Of a DNA stretch of 64,000 nucleotides, positions 9,973-20,773 are shown in pieces. This stretch comes from an uncultured Verrucomicrobiae bacterium (GTDB lineage: Bacteria; Verrucomicrobiota; Verrucomicrobiia; Chthoniobacterales; JAFAMB01). The stretch lies in contig CAWEXO010000008.1 of NCBI GenBank assembly GCA_963813025.1, forward strand, positions 128,001 through 192,000. The letters are read 5' to 3'. The number at the start of each line of letters is the position of its first letter. Position 1 is the stretch's first letter. Below the pieces are notes generated by a model. The model worked only from the letters and a program-made list of their open reading frames with translations, was not told where the DNA came from and searched no databases. The position numbers and the translations under genes are program-made.

Positions 9973-11028
9973 TCAGATAACCTTGATGCGGCCAACCGGT
10001 TCGCGCACAATCCGGCCGATTTCCGCCGCCTTGATCTTTCGTCGCTTGAGCAGAGCGAGAACCGCGATACGCTTTTTCTCGGGTACGCAGAGCAGAAGAC
10101 CCCCGCTAGTCTGCGCGTCGGTCAAGAGCGCTTGCCGGGCGGAGTCAATGCCGTGCCACTCCGTCCAGGCACCCGCTGCTTCGAAATTGTCCCGGCTTCC
10201 TCCCGGGATACAATCTTTGCGGATAAGCTGGAATACCTCATCGCTGATCGCGGGCACATCCGCGGCGAAGATCTCGGCCCCAACCCGGCTGGCCCGGCAC
10301 AAGGAAACGAGGTGTCCCAGCAAACCGTACCCACTCACGTCGGTGGCTGCTCGCACGAGACGTTGCTCCGCCAGTTCAGCTCCAATTTCGTTCAACTGAG
10401 TCATCACCGTGATCGCCTTTTTCTTCAGGGCAGTCGAACAGAGATCCATTTTCAGGGCGGTTGTCGCGATTCCGGTACCCAGAGGCTTTGTTAAAACGAG
10501 AATGTCGCCGGGTCGCGCTTTCGCATTGGTCAGCATGATTGCCGGATCCACCAAGCCGGTGACCGCCAATCCGTAAATCGGTTCAGGGTTGCGAATCGTG
10601 TGGCCTCCGATGACAGCGCAATGAGCCCGCCTGGCTACGGCCAAACCTCCGCTGAGAATTTCGCTCATGACCTTTTCGGAAAGCACCTCCGGGGGAACAC
10701 CCAGCAGCGCAAGAGCGGTCAGCGGCCGTCCACCCATCGCGTAGATATCGCTCAGCGCGTTGGTCGCGGCGATCCGGCCGAAGCTGAAGGCATCGTCGAC
10801 AATTGGGGTAAAAAAATCCACGGTCTGCACTAGCGCCGTTTTGGTTCGGCCGGGCAGACGATAGACTCCTGCATCATCGGCGGTCCCACTATTCACCAGG
10901 ACGTTAGGATCGCGCGCAAGCAGCGGTAACCGGCGCAAAACTTGCGCCAGAGCCGGTTGGCTCAGTTTTGCCGCTCAACCGGCACACGAAGACAGTGAAG
11001 TCAGTCTTAGAATCTCCTCACGCGACAT
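9973..11028 (-). CDS. selD: Selenide,water dikinase, itself a selenoprotein (Sec18)
   Basis: ATG 11028 with AGGAGG RBS reads MSREEILRLTSLSSCAG-UGA-AAKL in frame with DDAGVY, TVDFFTP, TDVSGYGLLGH and DAQTSGGLL. Confidence 0.95.
10929..10974 (-). promoter_or_regulatory. Bacterial SECIS element of selD
   Basis: Directly 3' of the UGA: GCAAAACT-GAGCC-AACC-GGCTC...AGTTTTGC stem-loop. Confidence 0.7.
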
Positions 11029-11045
11029 CGTTCCTCACCTCCTTT

Positions 11046-11141
11046 CGGAGAGGGCAGGAATCGAACCTGCCTCGCCCAAACGAAGTCGGGCCGACAACGG
11101 TTTTGAAGACCGCGGAGGCCACCAGGCACCCTTCTCTCTCC
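11046..11141 (-). tRNA. selC: tRNA-Sec (anticodon UCA)
   Basis: GGAGAG...CTCTCCG acceptor stem, GCGGT-CT-TCA-AA-ACCGT anticodon arm, long variable arm, GGTTCGATTCC T-loop; 96 nt. Confidence 0.93.
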
Positions 11142-11286
11142 TTTGTTTCTTTACGATGCTTGGCCGAAAAATGATCGGCAATCAATGACTTTCTCGGCAA
11201 CCTTTGATAAGTAGTAAGCAGTGCGGGGGCGACGTGCCAGGGTCCAAACTCCAAACTGGAACGCGATTTTATGAATTTCCGACCTG

Positions 11287-14200
11287 TTGGCCCGCTGGCC
11301 TCTTATCAAACAGATGCGTCATCATTTGAGCGGTACCGGGCTCGAAGCGTGCTCAGCCAAGACCGCGGCGCTCCGGGCGCGGAGCAAAGACACGGAGGTC
11401 GCCCGATCGATCTGCCCCTACTGTGGCGTCGGTTGTGGGCAACTGGTTTATCACAAGGATGGCAAAGTCGTCTCGATCGAAGGCGACCCGGAAAGCCCGA
11501 TCAGCCAAGGCAATCTCTGTCCGAAAGGGTCCGCGTCTTATCAACTCGTGAGTCATCCGAATCGGTTAAGGAAAGTACGCTACCGAGCTCCTGGCGCGAA
11601 GTTCTGGTCCGACCTCGATCTCATGACCGCGATGGACATGGTCGCCGATCGCGTTTGGGCATCCCGAAGCAAACATTGGATAACTGAGGAAAACGGCAGC
11701 CCGGTAAATCACACGACTTACCTGGCGCATCTCGGCGGAGCCACCCTGGACAACGAAGAAAATTACCTGATCAAAAAGCTGTTTACTGCCGGACTTGGGA
11801 TGGTCTGCGTCTCAAACCAGGCGCGCATATGACATACAGCACGGTGCCCGGTCTGGGCACCTCTTTCGGGCGCGGCGGCGCAACGACGGCTCAGCAGGAT
11901 CTGGCCAATGCGGACTGCATCCTGATCGAGGGCTCTTCCATGGCTGAAGCGCACCCGGTCGGCTTCCGCTGGGTCATGGCGGCAAAGGAACGTGGAGCCA
12001 CAATCATCCACGTGGATCCACGGTTCTCCCGTACCAGCGCTGTCGCCGACCTCTGGCTACCGATCCGAGCCGGAAGCGATATCGCGTTCCTCGGCGGACT
12101 GATTCGGTACGTAATTGAGCACGAGAAATTTTTCCGCGAATACCTGGTGCATTTCACGAATGCCCCGGCAATCATTCGCTCTGATTTCAAGCTCCCGCAG
12201 GACGACGGTTTTTTCTCTGGCTGGGATGAAGAGCGCCACCATTACAGCCGCGAGACCTGGATGTATCAGAGCGGTGATCTTGGCCATCCGGACCGGGATC
12301 TTACTCTGCAAAACCCGCGCTGCGTTTTCCAACTCCTCCGGCAGCATTATGCCCAGTACACGCCGGAGATGGTGGAGAAAGTTTGCGGCATTCCGACAGA
12401 TCTGTTCCTGCGTGCCGCCGAGATCTTCACGTCTTCCAGTGGTCCAGCAAAAACCGGCGCGATTGCTTACGCAGTCGGCTGGACCCACCATTCCAAAGGC
12501 GTGCAGATCATCCGGACGGCCAGCGTGCTGCAGTTGATTCTCGGAAACATCGGGCGCCCGGGCGGCGGAATCCTGGCACTGCGCGGACACGCTTCGATCC
12601 AAGGTTCGACGGATATCCCAACCCTGTATGACATTTTGCCGGGATATTTGGCGATGCCTCGGGCCGGCACTGACAATAACCTGCAGGACTACATCCGGAA
12701 TTACCGCACGGAGACCGGGCTTTGGGCCGACTTCGGCAACTATGCAGTCAGTTTGTTGAAGGCATACTACGGAGCGAGGGCCACCGTGGAAAACGAGTTC
12801 GGCTTCCAATGGCTCCCGAAGCTCACCACCAATCACTCGTTTTTCCGTTTCCTCTACGAAATGTTGGAGGGCCGGGTCGAAGGCTTTTTTGTGATGGGGC
12901 AGAATCCGGCGGTCGGAGCGCAAAACGCGCGTTTACAGCGGAAAGCACTAGCCAAGCTCAAGTGGCTCGTGGTGCGCGACCTCGTCGAAGTCGAGACCGC
13001 TAGTTTTTGGCTGAACTCGCCGGAGATCGAGCGAGGCGAACTCCGGACCGAAGACATTCAGACCGAAGTCTTTCTGTTCCCTTGTGCGGCACACACCGAG
13101 AAAGAAGGCGGTTTCACGAACACCCAGCGGATGATCCAGTACCGGGAAAAGGCAGTTGACCCGGTCGAAGACCAGAAAAGCGAAACCTGGTTCATCCATC
13201 AACTGGCTCTCCGCCTGAAAGCCAAGGCCCAGGCTTCGTCTGATCCGGTGCATGAAGCCATCCGGGCTCTGGACTGGTGGTATCCGGAAGATGCGCATGG
13301 TGAGCCCCAGGTCCAAGCGATCCTGGCGGAAATCAATGGATGGAAAACCGAGTCAGCCGCGAATGCCGAGCGATCCGTTTGGATCCGTGATCAAAAAGGA
13401 CAGATCCATCACGGTGAGCAGCTCGATAGCTACAACCGGTTGAAGGATGACGGTTCGACGGCGGCGGGTTGCTGGATTTATACTGGAATCTATGGCCCCG
13501 ACAAGATCAACCGGGCTTTGCACCGCGAGCCAAGAGGTCCTTACGGTCATGGTTGGGGTTGGGCTTGGCCGTCGGATCGCCGGATCCTCTATAACCGGGC
13601 AAGTGCCAGGCCGGATGGCACTCCGTGGAGCGACCGCAAAAAGCTGGTCTGGTGGGATGCTGAACAGAAGAAATGGGTTGGACACGATGTCGCGGATTTT
13701 GTGGCGGACAAACCGCCGGACTATGTCCCGCCGGAAGGTGCCTCGGGGCTCAAAGCGCATCCGGGTGATCGCCCGTTCATTCTTCACGAAGACGGGCTTG
13801 GCTGGATTTTCGTGCCTAAGGGATTAGAAGACGGACCATTCCCGGCCCACTATGAACCGCTGGAGTCGCCGGTTCACAATCAGATCTATCGGCGGGATAC
13901 GAACCCGCCCGTCACCTGGTTTACCCGAGCTGACAACCGTTTCGCGCCGCCGAACGACCCGCGTTTTCCCTACGTTTTGACTACTTATCGACTGACGGAA
14001 CATCATACCGCCGGGGGTATGAGCCGATGGCTGAGTCATCTTAGCGAGTTGATGCCCGCCTTTTTCATCGAGCTGTCACCGGAACTCGCCGGCGAACTTA
14101 AGATCGCGCCCGGGGCAGACGTGATCGTCTTGACAATTCGGGCGGCAGTTCAGGCGAAAGCCCTGGTCACCCGAAGATTGCGCCCGCTCAAGCTCGAGTC

Positions 14201-14507
14201 CGGCCGCGTGGTCCACCAAGTCGGGATGCCATTCCATTGGGGCGGAAACGGATTGTCTAAAGGCGCTATCGCGAATGATCTGCTGGCCATCTCTGGAGAA
14301 CCGAATGTGACTATCATGGAAACGAAGTCGATAACCTGTGCGGTTATTCCCGGCCGGTTACCCGAGGGACCAGCTTACCTGGAATTTATGGCACAGCATG
14401 TTCCACCGGGCGGACCGGAAAATCTTCACCCGGAACAGCCGCCGCCTGGAACGAAACCAGGCGGCAAGTCAATTGTGGGACACGCACAACATGGTAAGTC
14501 GGAATAA
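11287..14507 (+). CDS. fdhA: Selenocysteine formate dehydrogenase, alpha subunit (Mo/W-bisPGD); apparent 1-nt deletion just after the UGA
   Basis: CPYCGVGC...CPKG; NQARI-UGA-H then STVPGLG in a shifted frame; ALRGH; TYRLTEHH; start uncertain. Confidence 0.9.
11843..11861 (+). promoter_or_regulatory. Bacterial SECIS hairpin of fdhA
   Basis: GGTGCCC-GGTCT-GGGCACC, 10 nt after UGA 11830-11832. Confidence 0.8.
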
Positions 14508-14561
14508 CCTGGGTGATCAGGGCTCCCGGGCGAATCAGCGCACCGACGTGCCCGTGACGTT

Positions 14562-15422
14562 ATGATTGGGGAAGGCGTCAACTCGACCAACCAGAGAGAG
14601 CACCGCTACGCGGAGGAGGAGCGACCCGTTGGATTTTATACTGACGCAACGCTCTGCATTGGCTGCAAGGCTTGCGAGGTCGCCTGCAAAGAGTGGAATC
14701 ATGTCCCGGACGACGGCTTTCACTGGAGCGGCAAATCGTATGACAACACCGAGGCACTCGGTGCGTCGACTTGGCGCCATGTTCTTTTTCTGGAGCAGGC
14801 GCTGACCCGCGGTCCACAGGTCGCCGGTTCGATGACTGGCGCGCAGGAGGACCCGTTTCGCTGGCTGTTTTTGTCGGATGTCTGCAAGCATTGCGAAGTG
14901 GCTGGCTGCCTGGAAAGCTGCCCGACCGGGGCAATCATCCGAACCGAAACAAGTACCGTTTTCGTCCAGAACGATATTTGCAATGGGTGCGGCTACTGTG
15001 TCGTCAGTTGTCCTTTCGGAGTCATCGATCGGCGTCCTCAACCTCTGCCCGAGGCCGGTGGCGCCTTCAAATGCACCTTCTGCTATGACCGGCAGCTCAG
15101 CGGCCTGGTCCCGGCTTGCGCAAAGGCCTGCCCGACCGAGAGCATCCTCTTTGGACCGCTGGATGAGCTGAGGGAGCACGCCGCCAAGCGCGTCGCCGCC
15201 CTGCACGGTTTCGGTTATACGGATGCGCAAAACTACGATCCGTGGGAGACCAGTGTCGGAGGACTCCACGCCTTTTTCATGATCCTCGGGCAACCGGAAG
15301 ACTACGGTTTGCCGCCAAAACCGGAAGTGCCGACCGCTTACTTGAGGGAAGCTTGGTCGTCTGCTTTGGCTACGGCTCTCGGCGCGATCGTTTTGCTGAT
15401 CTTTGTCTTTCAGTTTCTTTAA
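14562..15422 (+). CDS. Formate dehydrogenase beta (Fe-S) subunit with C-terminal membrane anchor
   Basis: CIGCKACEVAC, CKHC...CLESCP, CNGCGYCVVSCP, KCTFC...CAKACP. Confidence 0.92.
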   Translation: MIGEGVNSTNQREHRYAEEERPVGFYTDATLCIGCKACEVACKEWNHVPDDGFHWSGKSYDNTEALGASTWRHVLFLEQALTRGPQVAGSMTGAQEDPFRWLFLSDVCKHCEVAGCLESCPTGAIIRTETSTVFVQNDICNGCGYCVVSCPFGVIDRRPQPLPEAGGAFKCTFCYDRQLSGLVPACAKACPTESILFGPLDELREHAAKRVAALHGFGYTDAQNYDPWETSVGGLHAFFMILGQPEDYGLPPKPEVPTAYLREAWSSALATALGAIVLLIFVFQFL

Positions 15423-15444
15423 CGGCTGAATTGTCCTTTGGCAG

Positions 15445-16449
15445 ATGAGCACCAATTTCGAAGACCGGCTTGATCAATTGAGGACTGAGGCTTCCAGCAA
15501 GAGAAACGCTGCCCCGGCTGCGGAAGCTCCGGCCCGGCCCGGAATGAGCCGGAATGGATCAAGAGTGGGCTACTACGGATTGCCGGTAGTTAAACCTCCG
15601 GTCTGGACCTGGGAAATCTCACTTTATTTCTTCGTCGGCGCAATCGGCGGGATGTCGGGAGTGATTGCTCCGATCGCCTGGTTCACCCGGCACCACGATG
15701 TTGCGCGTTCGGCTCTGTGGTTAGCGTCGATCGCCAGCGCGATTTCGCCCGTTCTGTTGATCATGGATCTCGGACGCCCGTGGTTGTTTCTCCATATGCT
15801 TCGGGTGTTCAAATGGCGCTCCCCAATGTCGATGGGCGCCTGGATCCTCACGTTTTTCGGGGCTTGTTCTGTGCCGGGCCTGGTTGCAGCCGAGGCTCTC
15901 AAGCGACTGCCTGCCGGAACCGCGTCGCATATGACGCTTGAAATGATTGCTGCTCTCCTGATGATGGGTGCGGCGGTCTTCGGATCGCTCTTGGCGACTT
16001 ACACGGGGGTGCTTCTGGGGGCAACCGCCATTCCCGCGTGGTTTGCACACCGCCGTCTTTTGCCCGCCCACTTTGGGATCGCCGCGATCGGAGCGGCCGC
16101 GGCGGCGTTGGAATTGCTGGGTCATCGGCTGGCAGCATTGAACATTCTTGGCTATTTCGCGGCGACCGCTGAACTGCTTATCTGGCTGATCCTCGAGAGC
16201 AACACGAAAGGCGCGGTGGACCGCGGCTTGCGGGAGGGCAAAGCTGGCGCATTTCTTCGACTCGGAGGGATTCTCACTGGTCCAGTCGCACTTCTACTGC
16301 GAATCCTCGGGCAGTGGTTTTTTCCGGCCCGATTGGGCGCGAGTGCCGCATTTCTCGTCGGAGCCTTGCTCCAGCGGTTCGGCTGGATTGAGGGTGGACG
16401 AAACTCGGGCCGCGATCCCGAGGCCGTGTTTGCCTCGCAGCGAACGTAG
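15445..16449 (+). CDS. NrfD/PsrC-family membrane anchor subunit
   Basis: PVWTWEISLYFF, DLGRP and SPMSMGAW motifs; multiple TM segments. Confidence 0.9.
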   Translation: MSTNFEDRLDQLRTEASSKRNAAPAAEAPARPGMSRNGSRVGYYGLPVVKPPVWTWEISLYFFVGAIGGMSGVIAPIAWFTRHHDVARSALWLASIASAISPVLLIMDLGRPWLFLHMLRVFKWRSPMSMGAWILTFFGACSVPGLVAAEALKRLPAGTASHMTLEMIAALLMMGAAVFGSLLATYTGVLLGATAIPAWFAHRRLLPAHFGIAAIGAAAAALELLGHRLAALNILGYFAATAELLIWLILESNTKGAVDRGLREGKAGAFLRLGGILTGPVALLLRILGQWFFPARLGASAAFLVGALLQRFGWIEGGRNSGRDPEAVFASQRT

Positions 16450-16568
16450 CCACCGAATTGTCGTGCCTTTAATTCGGCTCCTTGTTATTTGAAGCCGGTT
16501 GCAAAACAAAGCCCGGCAACAAGTTGTTCTAGCCCGGTTTTTCGCAACTATCTTGTTGAGGAAAAACA

Positions 16569-17906
16569 ATGCAAAGACCGAAAAACCCGCTGCTCGGAAT
16601 TTTGTTGATCATAGCTCTGCTGCTTCCCTGGGTGATCTTTTTATCGCGTCCGGGTCGAACCACGATCGCCGGCCACACCCTCTTTTGGTTGGCTATGCTC
16701 TTTTGCTTGTTGCTGATGTGGGGAATCGCTGCATCCCAGCGGCGGATGCAGGCCGCAGCGGCTCCCGATACCGGTCCGCGCATGTTGAGCGAATCGGAGC
16801 AACCGGAAGTAGTCCGTCAGGTCATGGACGTAAAAATTGCTCTCCAGGAACGCGGCGTACAGTTTTTTCGAGGTCCGTTGCGCGACTCCGCTACGGTGGC
16901 CTTTGAAAAGCTGAGTCAAGCTATCCCGAAGGGTTTTCTCCCTCTCGTTCAAGAGGATGAACAGCTCGGGGCGAGGATTGTTATCGTTCCAAATCGACCG
17001 GCTGAACAGGTAGCGCAAAGGCCCGTACGGCCGTGGCTGCACTGGCTTCTTTTCCTTTTGACCGTGATCACGACGACCTGGGCAGGCGCCGCCCACCAAG
17101 GAGTCGATCTGGCGCAGGAACCGGGACGATTCACGGTGGGCTTGCCCTACGCCCTTGGCTTGCTTTTAATTCTCGGTTTCCACGAGTTGGGCCATTTTTA
17201 TATGGCGCGCCGGCATGCCATGGATGTGACGCCTCCGTTCTTCATCCCGGTGCCATTCGGGCTGGGAACTTTCGGAGCGTTCATTCAGATGCGAACGCCC
17301 CCGGCCAACCGGAAAATGCTCTTCGATGTTGCCGTAGCTGGACCGCTCGCCGGGTTGGTTGTTGCCATTCCGGCGCTTCTCATTGGTCTTCAATCCTCAA
17401 CTCTGGCCACAGTGCCGGAGGATGCCGTCGGACCTGGTTTTTTGCATGGGGCAACCGTCGGCTCATCGGCCCTGTTCACGATTTTGGTCCGGCTCTCGAT
17501 GGGAGATGCGGCGCAGTACGGAACGGTTGTGCACCTGAGTCCTTTAGCTTTTGCGGGTTGGTTAGGATTGGTTATCACGGCGCTGAACCTGTTGCCGGTT
17601 GGCCAACTGGACGGTGGCCACATCACCCGCGCGTTGTTCGGTAGTGCCGTTGGTCAAACGATCAGCCGGTTGGCGATGTGGTCACTGATCCTGCTGGCTT
17701 TGTTCGTGTGGCCCGGGCTGATGATGTGGGCGCTTATTATCTTCCTGATCGCCGGCCGCGGCACACCCCCGCTCAACGACATCACGCCGCTGGACCGCGG
17801 CCGGATGGCCGTGGGCTATTTCGCGTTGCTGATCCTGGTTTTGATCCTTGCTCCAGTGCCCCGTTCACTCTTTGACCTCGCGACCGAAGCCTGCCCGTAC
17901 TTATGA
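16569..17906 (+). CDS. Site-2 protease (M50 family)
   Basis: HELGH and NLLPVGQLDGGHI motifs; multiple TM segments. Confidence 0.92.
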   Translation: MQRPKNPLLGILLIIALLLPWVIFLSRPGRTTIAGHTLFWLAMLFCLLLMWGIAASQRRMQAAAAPDTGPRMLSESEQPEVVRQVMDVKIALQERGVQFFRGPLRDSATVAFEKLSQAIPKGFLPLVQEDEQLGARIVIVPNRPAEQVAQRPVRPWLHWLLFLLTVITTTWAGAAHQGVDLAQEPGRFTVGLPYALGLLLILGFHELGHFYMARRHAMDVTPPFFIPVPFGLGTFGAFIQMRTPPANRKMLFDVAVAGPLAGLVVAIPALLIGLQSSTLATVPEDAVGPGFLHGATVGSSALFTILVRLSMGDAAQYGTVVHLSPLAFAGWLGLVITALNLLPVGQLDGGHITRALFGSAVGQTISRLAMWSLILLALFVWPGLMMWALIIFLIAGRGTPPLNDITPLDRGRMAVGYFALLILVLILAPVPRSLFDLATEACPYL

Positions 17907-17928
17907 AATAATTCCGTGCGGCCCCTCT

Positions 17929-18579
17929 ATGTCTCCCCAGCTCAGTTCGGTCGAAGCACGTATCCTCGGTTGCCTGATCGAGAAAGAACGTACAACACCC
18001 GAAGCGTACCCGCTTAGTCTCAATGCTCTGGTGAACGCGTGTAACCAGAGCACAAACCGTTTTCCGGTCGTCAGCTACGATCAGAAGACCGTCGAAGCGG
18101 GCCTTGACGGATTGCGGCAAAAGACGTTGGCCGTTCTCCTGCACAGCAGCGGAGGCCGCGTCCCCAAGTACCGGCACACGTTCCTGGACTCCTTTCAATT
18201 GGACGCGCGATCGACTGCCATCCTTTGCGTCCTGCTGCTGCGCGGCCCGCAGACGCCGGGAGAAATCCGCAGCCGCACCGAGCGTTTGTGCGGTTTCTCC
18301 AGCCTGGCCGAGATCGAAACAACGCTCACGGCCTTGACCGAGGGCGCTGAACCATTGGTTTGCGCTTTGCCGCCGCGCCCCGGGCAAAAGGAAACGCGTT
18401 ATCGTGAACTCCTTTCTGAAGCGGCCGCTCCGGAGGAAGAACCACATTACGTCGCCGAACCTGCCCCCGCCCGACCGATCGAGTCCGATCGCTTGGAAAT
18501 TGAGCTCCGTGAACTTCGTTCTGAGCTGGAAAAGCTCCGAGAAGAATTCCGCGTTTTCCGGGCAAGTCTCGAAGGCTAA
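17929..18579 (+). CDS. YceH/DUF480 family protein
   Basis: EARILGCLIEKERTTPEAYPLSLNAL and LLLRGPQTPGE motifs. Confidence 0.9.
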   Translation: MSPQLSSVEARILGCLIEKERTTPEAYPLSLNALVNACNQSTNRFPVVSYDQKTVEAGLDGLRQKTLAVLLHSSGGRVPKYRHTFLDSFQLDARSTAILCVLLLRGPQTPGEIRSRTERLCGFSSLAEIETTLTALTEGAEPLVCALPPRPGQKETRYRELLSEAAAPEEEPHYVAEPAPARPIESDRLEIELRELRSELEKLREEFRVFRASLEG

Positions 18580-18668
18580 CCTGTATTGCTGAAAATCCTG
18601 AGAAAATCTGTCAGCGATGCAAGGCTCTTGATGTCTTGACATCAATGCCGGCGATGCGACAGCATCTT

Positions 18669-18968
18669 ATGCGTACAACACTCACGCTGGAACCAGATGT
18701 CGTCGCGTTGCTCAAAGCGCGGATGGAACGAGAACGGATTTCGCTCAAGCGTGCGGTAAATGACGCACTGCGACGCGGTCTTTCAAAGAAGTCGATCAGG
18801 AGGGAAAAGGCGGCCAAAGTACACGTGCCGAGCTGGCGGCTTGGGCTGCGGCCCGGCGTTGATCCGACGAAGCTCGGCCAGTTGCTCGATCAGATGGCGA
18901 TTGACGCGTTTGCCGAGCGGCTCGCGTCGTCGGTCCACCTCGACCGCGACAAAAATGCTGGTCATTGA
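18669..18968 (+). CDS. VapB-type antitoxin
   Basis: MRTTLTLEPDV...LKRAVNDALRRGL; overlaps the PIN toxin gene. Confidence 0.85.
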   Translation: MRTTLTLEPDVVALLKARMERERISLKRAVNDALRRGLSKKSIRREKAAKVHVPSWRLGLRPGVDPTKLGQLLDQMAIDAFAERLASSVHLDRDKNAGH

Positions 18969-19398
18969 CGTCAATATTCTTGTCTACGCGGTCGATGCGC
19001 TGAGCCCTTTCCATCGCAATATCAGGCGCTGGTGGGAAATGAGCTTGAATCAGGAACCGGTGATTGGCCTGCCCTGGGCCACTATCCTTGGTTTCATCCG
19101 GGTGACAACGAGTTCGCGCGTCATGATTTCACCCCGTTCGGTTGATGACGTTGTTAACCTAGTCGAGAACTGGTTGTCATTGCCGAACGTGGAAATTCCA
19201 GTACCTGGGCAGAGACATGCTGCTATTATTTTCAACCTCCTTCGTGAGGTTGGCGTCGGCGGAAATTTGACGACCGATGCGCACCTTGCCGCATTGGCCA
19301 TCGAGTATCAGGGACGGCTGGTATCGACCGATCACGATTTCTCTCGTTTTACCGGTCTGCGCTGGTTTGATCCAACTTCCGCTCAAAAGAGACGCTGA
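18955..19398 (+). CDS. vapC: VapC PIN-domain toxin
   Basis: IDVNILVYA, GNLTTDAHLAALAIE and STDHDF motifs. Confidence 0.92.
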   Translation: MLVIDVNILVYAVDALSPFHRNIRRWWEMSLNQEPVIGLPWATILGFIRVTTSSRVMISPRSVDDVVNLVENWLSLPNVEIPVPGQRHAAIIFNLLREVGVGGNLTTDAHLAALAIEYQGRLVSTDHDFSRFTGLRWFDPTSAQKRR

Positions 19399-19399
19399 A

Positions 19400-19910
19400 A
19401 TGGCCAGGCCAGTTTCCATTCCGGATGAGGTAATTCTCGAAGCGGCCAGAACTTCAGCGAGTCCTTGAAGGTCACGATGCCGTTCTGTCCACCTTTGGCC
19501 CGCGTCTGCCCATGTCTCAGACGGACGCTACCCTTCTCCAACGCTGCGCGGCCGCGCTCACCGACGCGATGAGTCAGGACGGAATTCGGCGGGTTGTCAT
19601 TGAGTCGACCGCCTTCCTGTTCAAGGATTCGCTCTTTCCGCCAACCAATCTTTTCGGCCGGCTCTTCTTCCCGGCCATTGTGCGCGATGCCAGCGAAATG
19701 GAAAACATCGTTCAAAACAGCGGCTTTGAATGGACGATCGTTCGCCCACCAAGACTGACGGACAAGCCGCGAACCGCGAAATATCGGGTGAACGAAGGCC
19801 ACCTTCCTCGGTTTGGTCTCAGCATCGCCCGCGCCGACGTAGCCGATTTCATGATCAAGACTGCCGAAAATCACGCCTCGATCCAGAAAATTGTCGGCGT
19901 AGCAAACTAG
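19400..19910 (+). pseudogene. Deletion scar: TetR N-terminal stub joined to the 3' part of an NAD(P)H-binding (flavin reductase-like) gene
   Basis: MARPVSIPDEVILEAART, then from ~19449 LQRVLEGHDAVLS...WTIVRPPRL...IARADVA, lacking the N-terminal GxxGxxG. Confidence 0.65.
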
Positions 19911-20495
19911 TTAAATAGCGCCGGGAATGGCGTCGGTCGCCCGGAAACAAGTCGCATAGTGGTCGTCGACCAGGCCCGTTGCCTGCAGGTAGGAATAGAT
20001 GATGACCGATCCAACGAACTTAAACCCGCGTCGTTGCAAATCCTTGCTGACCCGGTCGGAAAGATCCGTCCGGGCCGGTAACGGTTCTCCTACCGGTCGC
20101 CGGTTGACCACCGGCCGGCCATGCACAAACGCCCAGAGGTATGCGGCAAAACTGCCATACTCGCGCTGGACGATCAGAAAGGCCCGCGCGTTAATAATCG
20201 CCGCCCCGATCTTCAGCCGGTTGCGAATGATCGCCGAATCGGCCATCAATTTTTCCACCTTGGCCGGTTTGAATCCGGCGACTCTTTCCGGATCAAAACC
20301 GGCGAAGGCCTTCCGATAACCTTCCCGTTTTCGCAAAATGGTCGACCAGCTGAGTCCGGCCTGTGCGCCTTCGAGGATCAGCAGCTCGAACAATTTCCGG
20401 TCATCGTGCTGAGGTGTTCCCCATTCGGTGTCGTGGTAGGTCAACTCTGGCTCGCCCCGAGCCCAAGGACAACGCGACAACTCCGCTGCCTTCAT
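19911..20495 (-). CDS. tag: DNA-3-methyladenine glycosylase I
   Basis: RCPW...YHDTEWG, LEGAQAGLSW, IIRNRLKI, DDHYATC. Confidence 0.95.
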   Translation of the reverse strand: MKAAELSRCPWARGEPELTYHDTEWGTPQHDDRKLFELLILEGAQAGLSWSTILRKREGYRKAFAGFDPERVAGFKPAKVEKLMADSAIIRNRLKIGAAIINARAFLIVQREYGSFAAYLWAFVHGRPVVNRRPVGEPLPARTDLSDRVSKDLQRRGFKFVGSVIIYSYLQATGLVDDHYATCFRATDAIPGAI

Positions 20496-20615
20496 TTAGC
20501 GCATTGAGCGACGGATGAATCTATTTGTAAAGGACGCTTTTTGGGCGTCTTTTCACCCTTTTTTGCGCCCTTTGAGGCCGTTTCTGAGAAATATTGCTAA
20601 CGGGCTGGAAGGGCG

Positions 20616-20676
20616 TGCCGGACTTTGGGTAATCTGTAGCGCGCAATCGAGGTATCGTTCGAAAGCGAGGACGAGC
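20616..20676 (+). repeat. Dispersed intergenic repeat copy
   Basis: CGGACTTTGGGTAATCTGTAGCGCGCAATCGAG matches 31730-31765 and, inverted, ~33705-33735. Confidence 0.65.
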
Positions 20677-20773
20677 AGGCCACCTCCGCAAAGCTACGGC
20701 GCCGGCCAAATCGGTGCCGTGCCCCATAGATTGACTACCAGCGGCCACTAAGAGATGCTGAAGCCTGGAGTCC

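Noticed and set aside
11829..14507. Independent FDH gene starting at ATG 11829 (MTYSTVPG)
   Set aside because: It would split the active-site U-H motif; the SECIS and consensus sequence indicate a single gene
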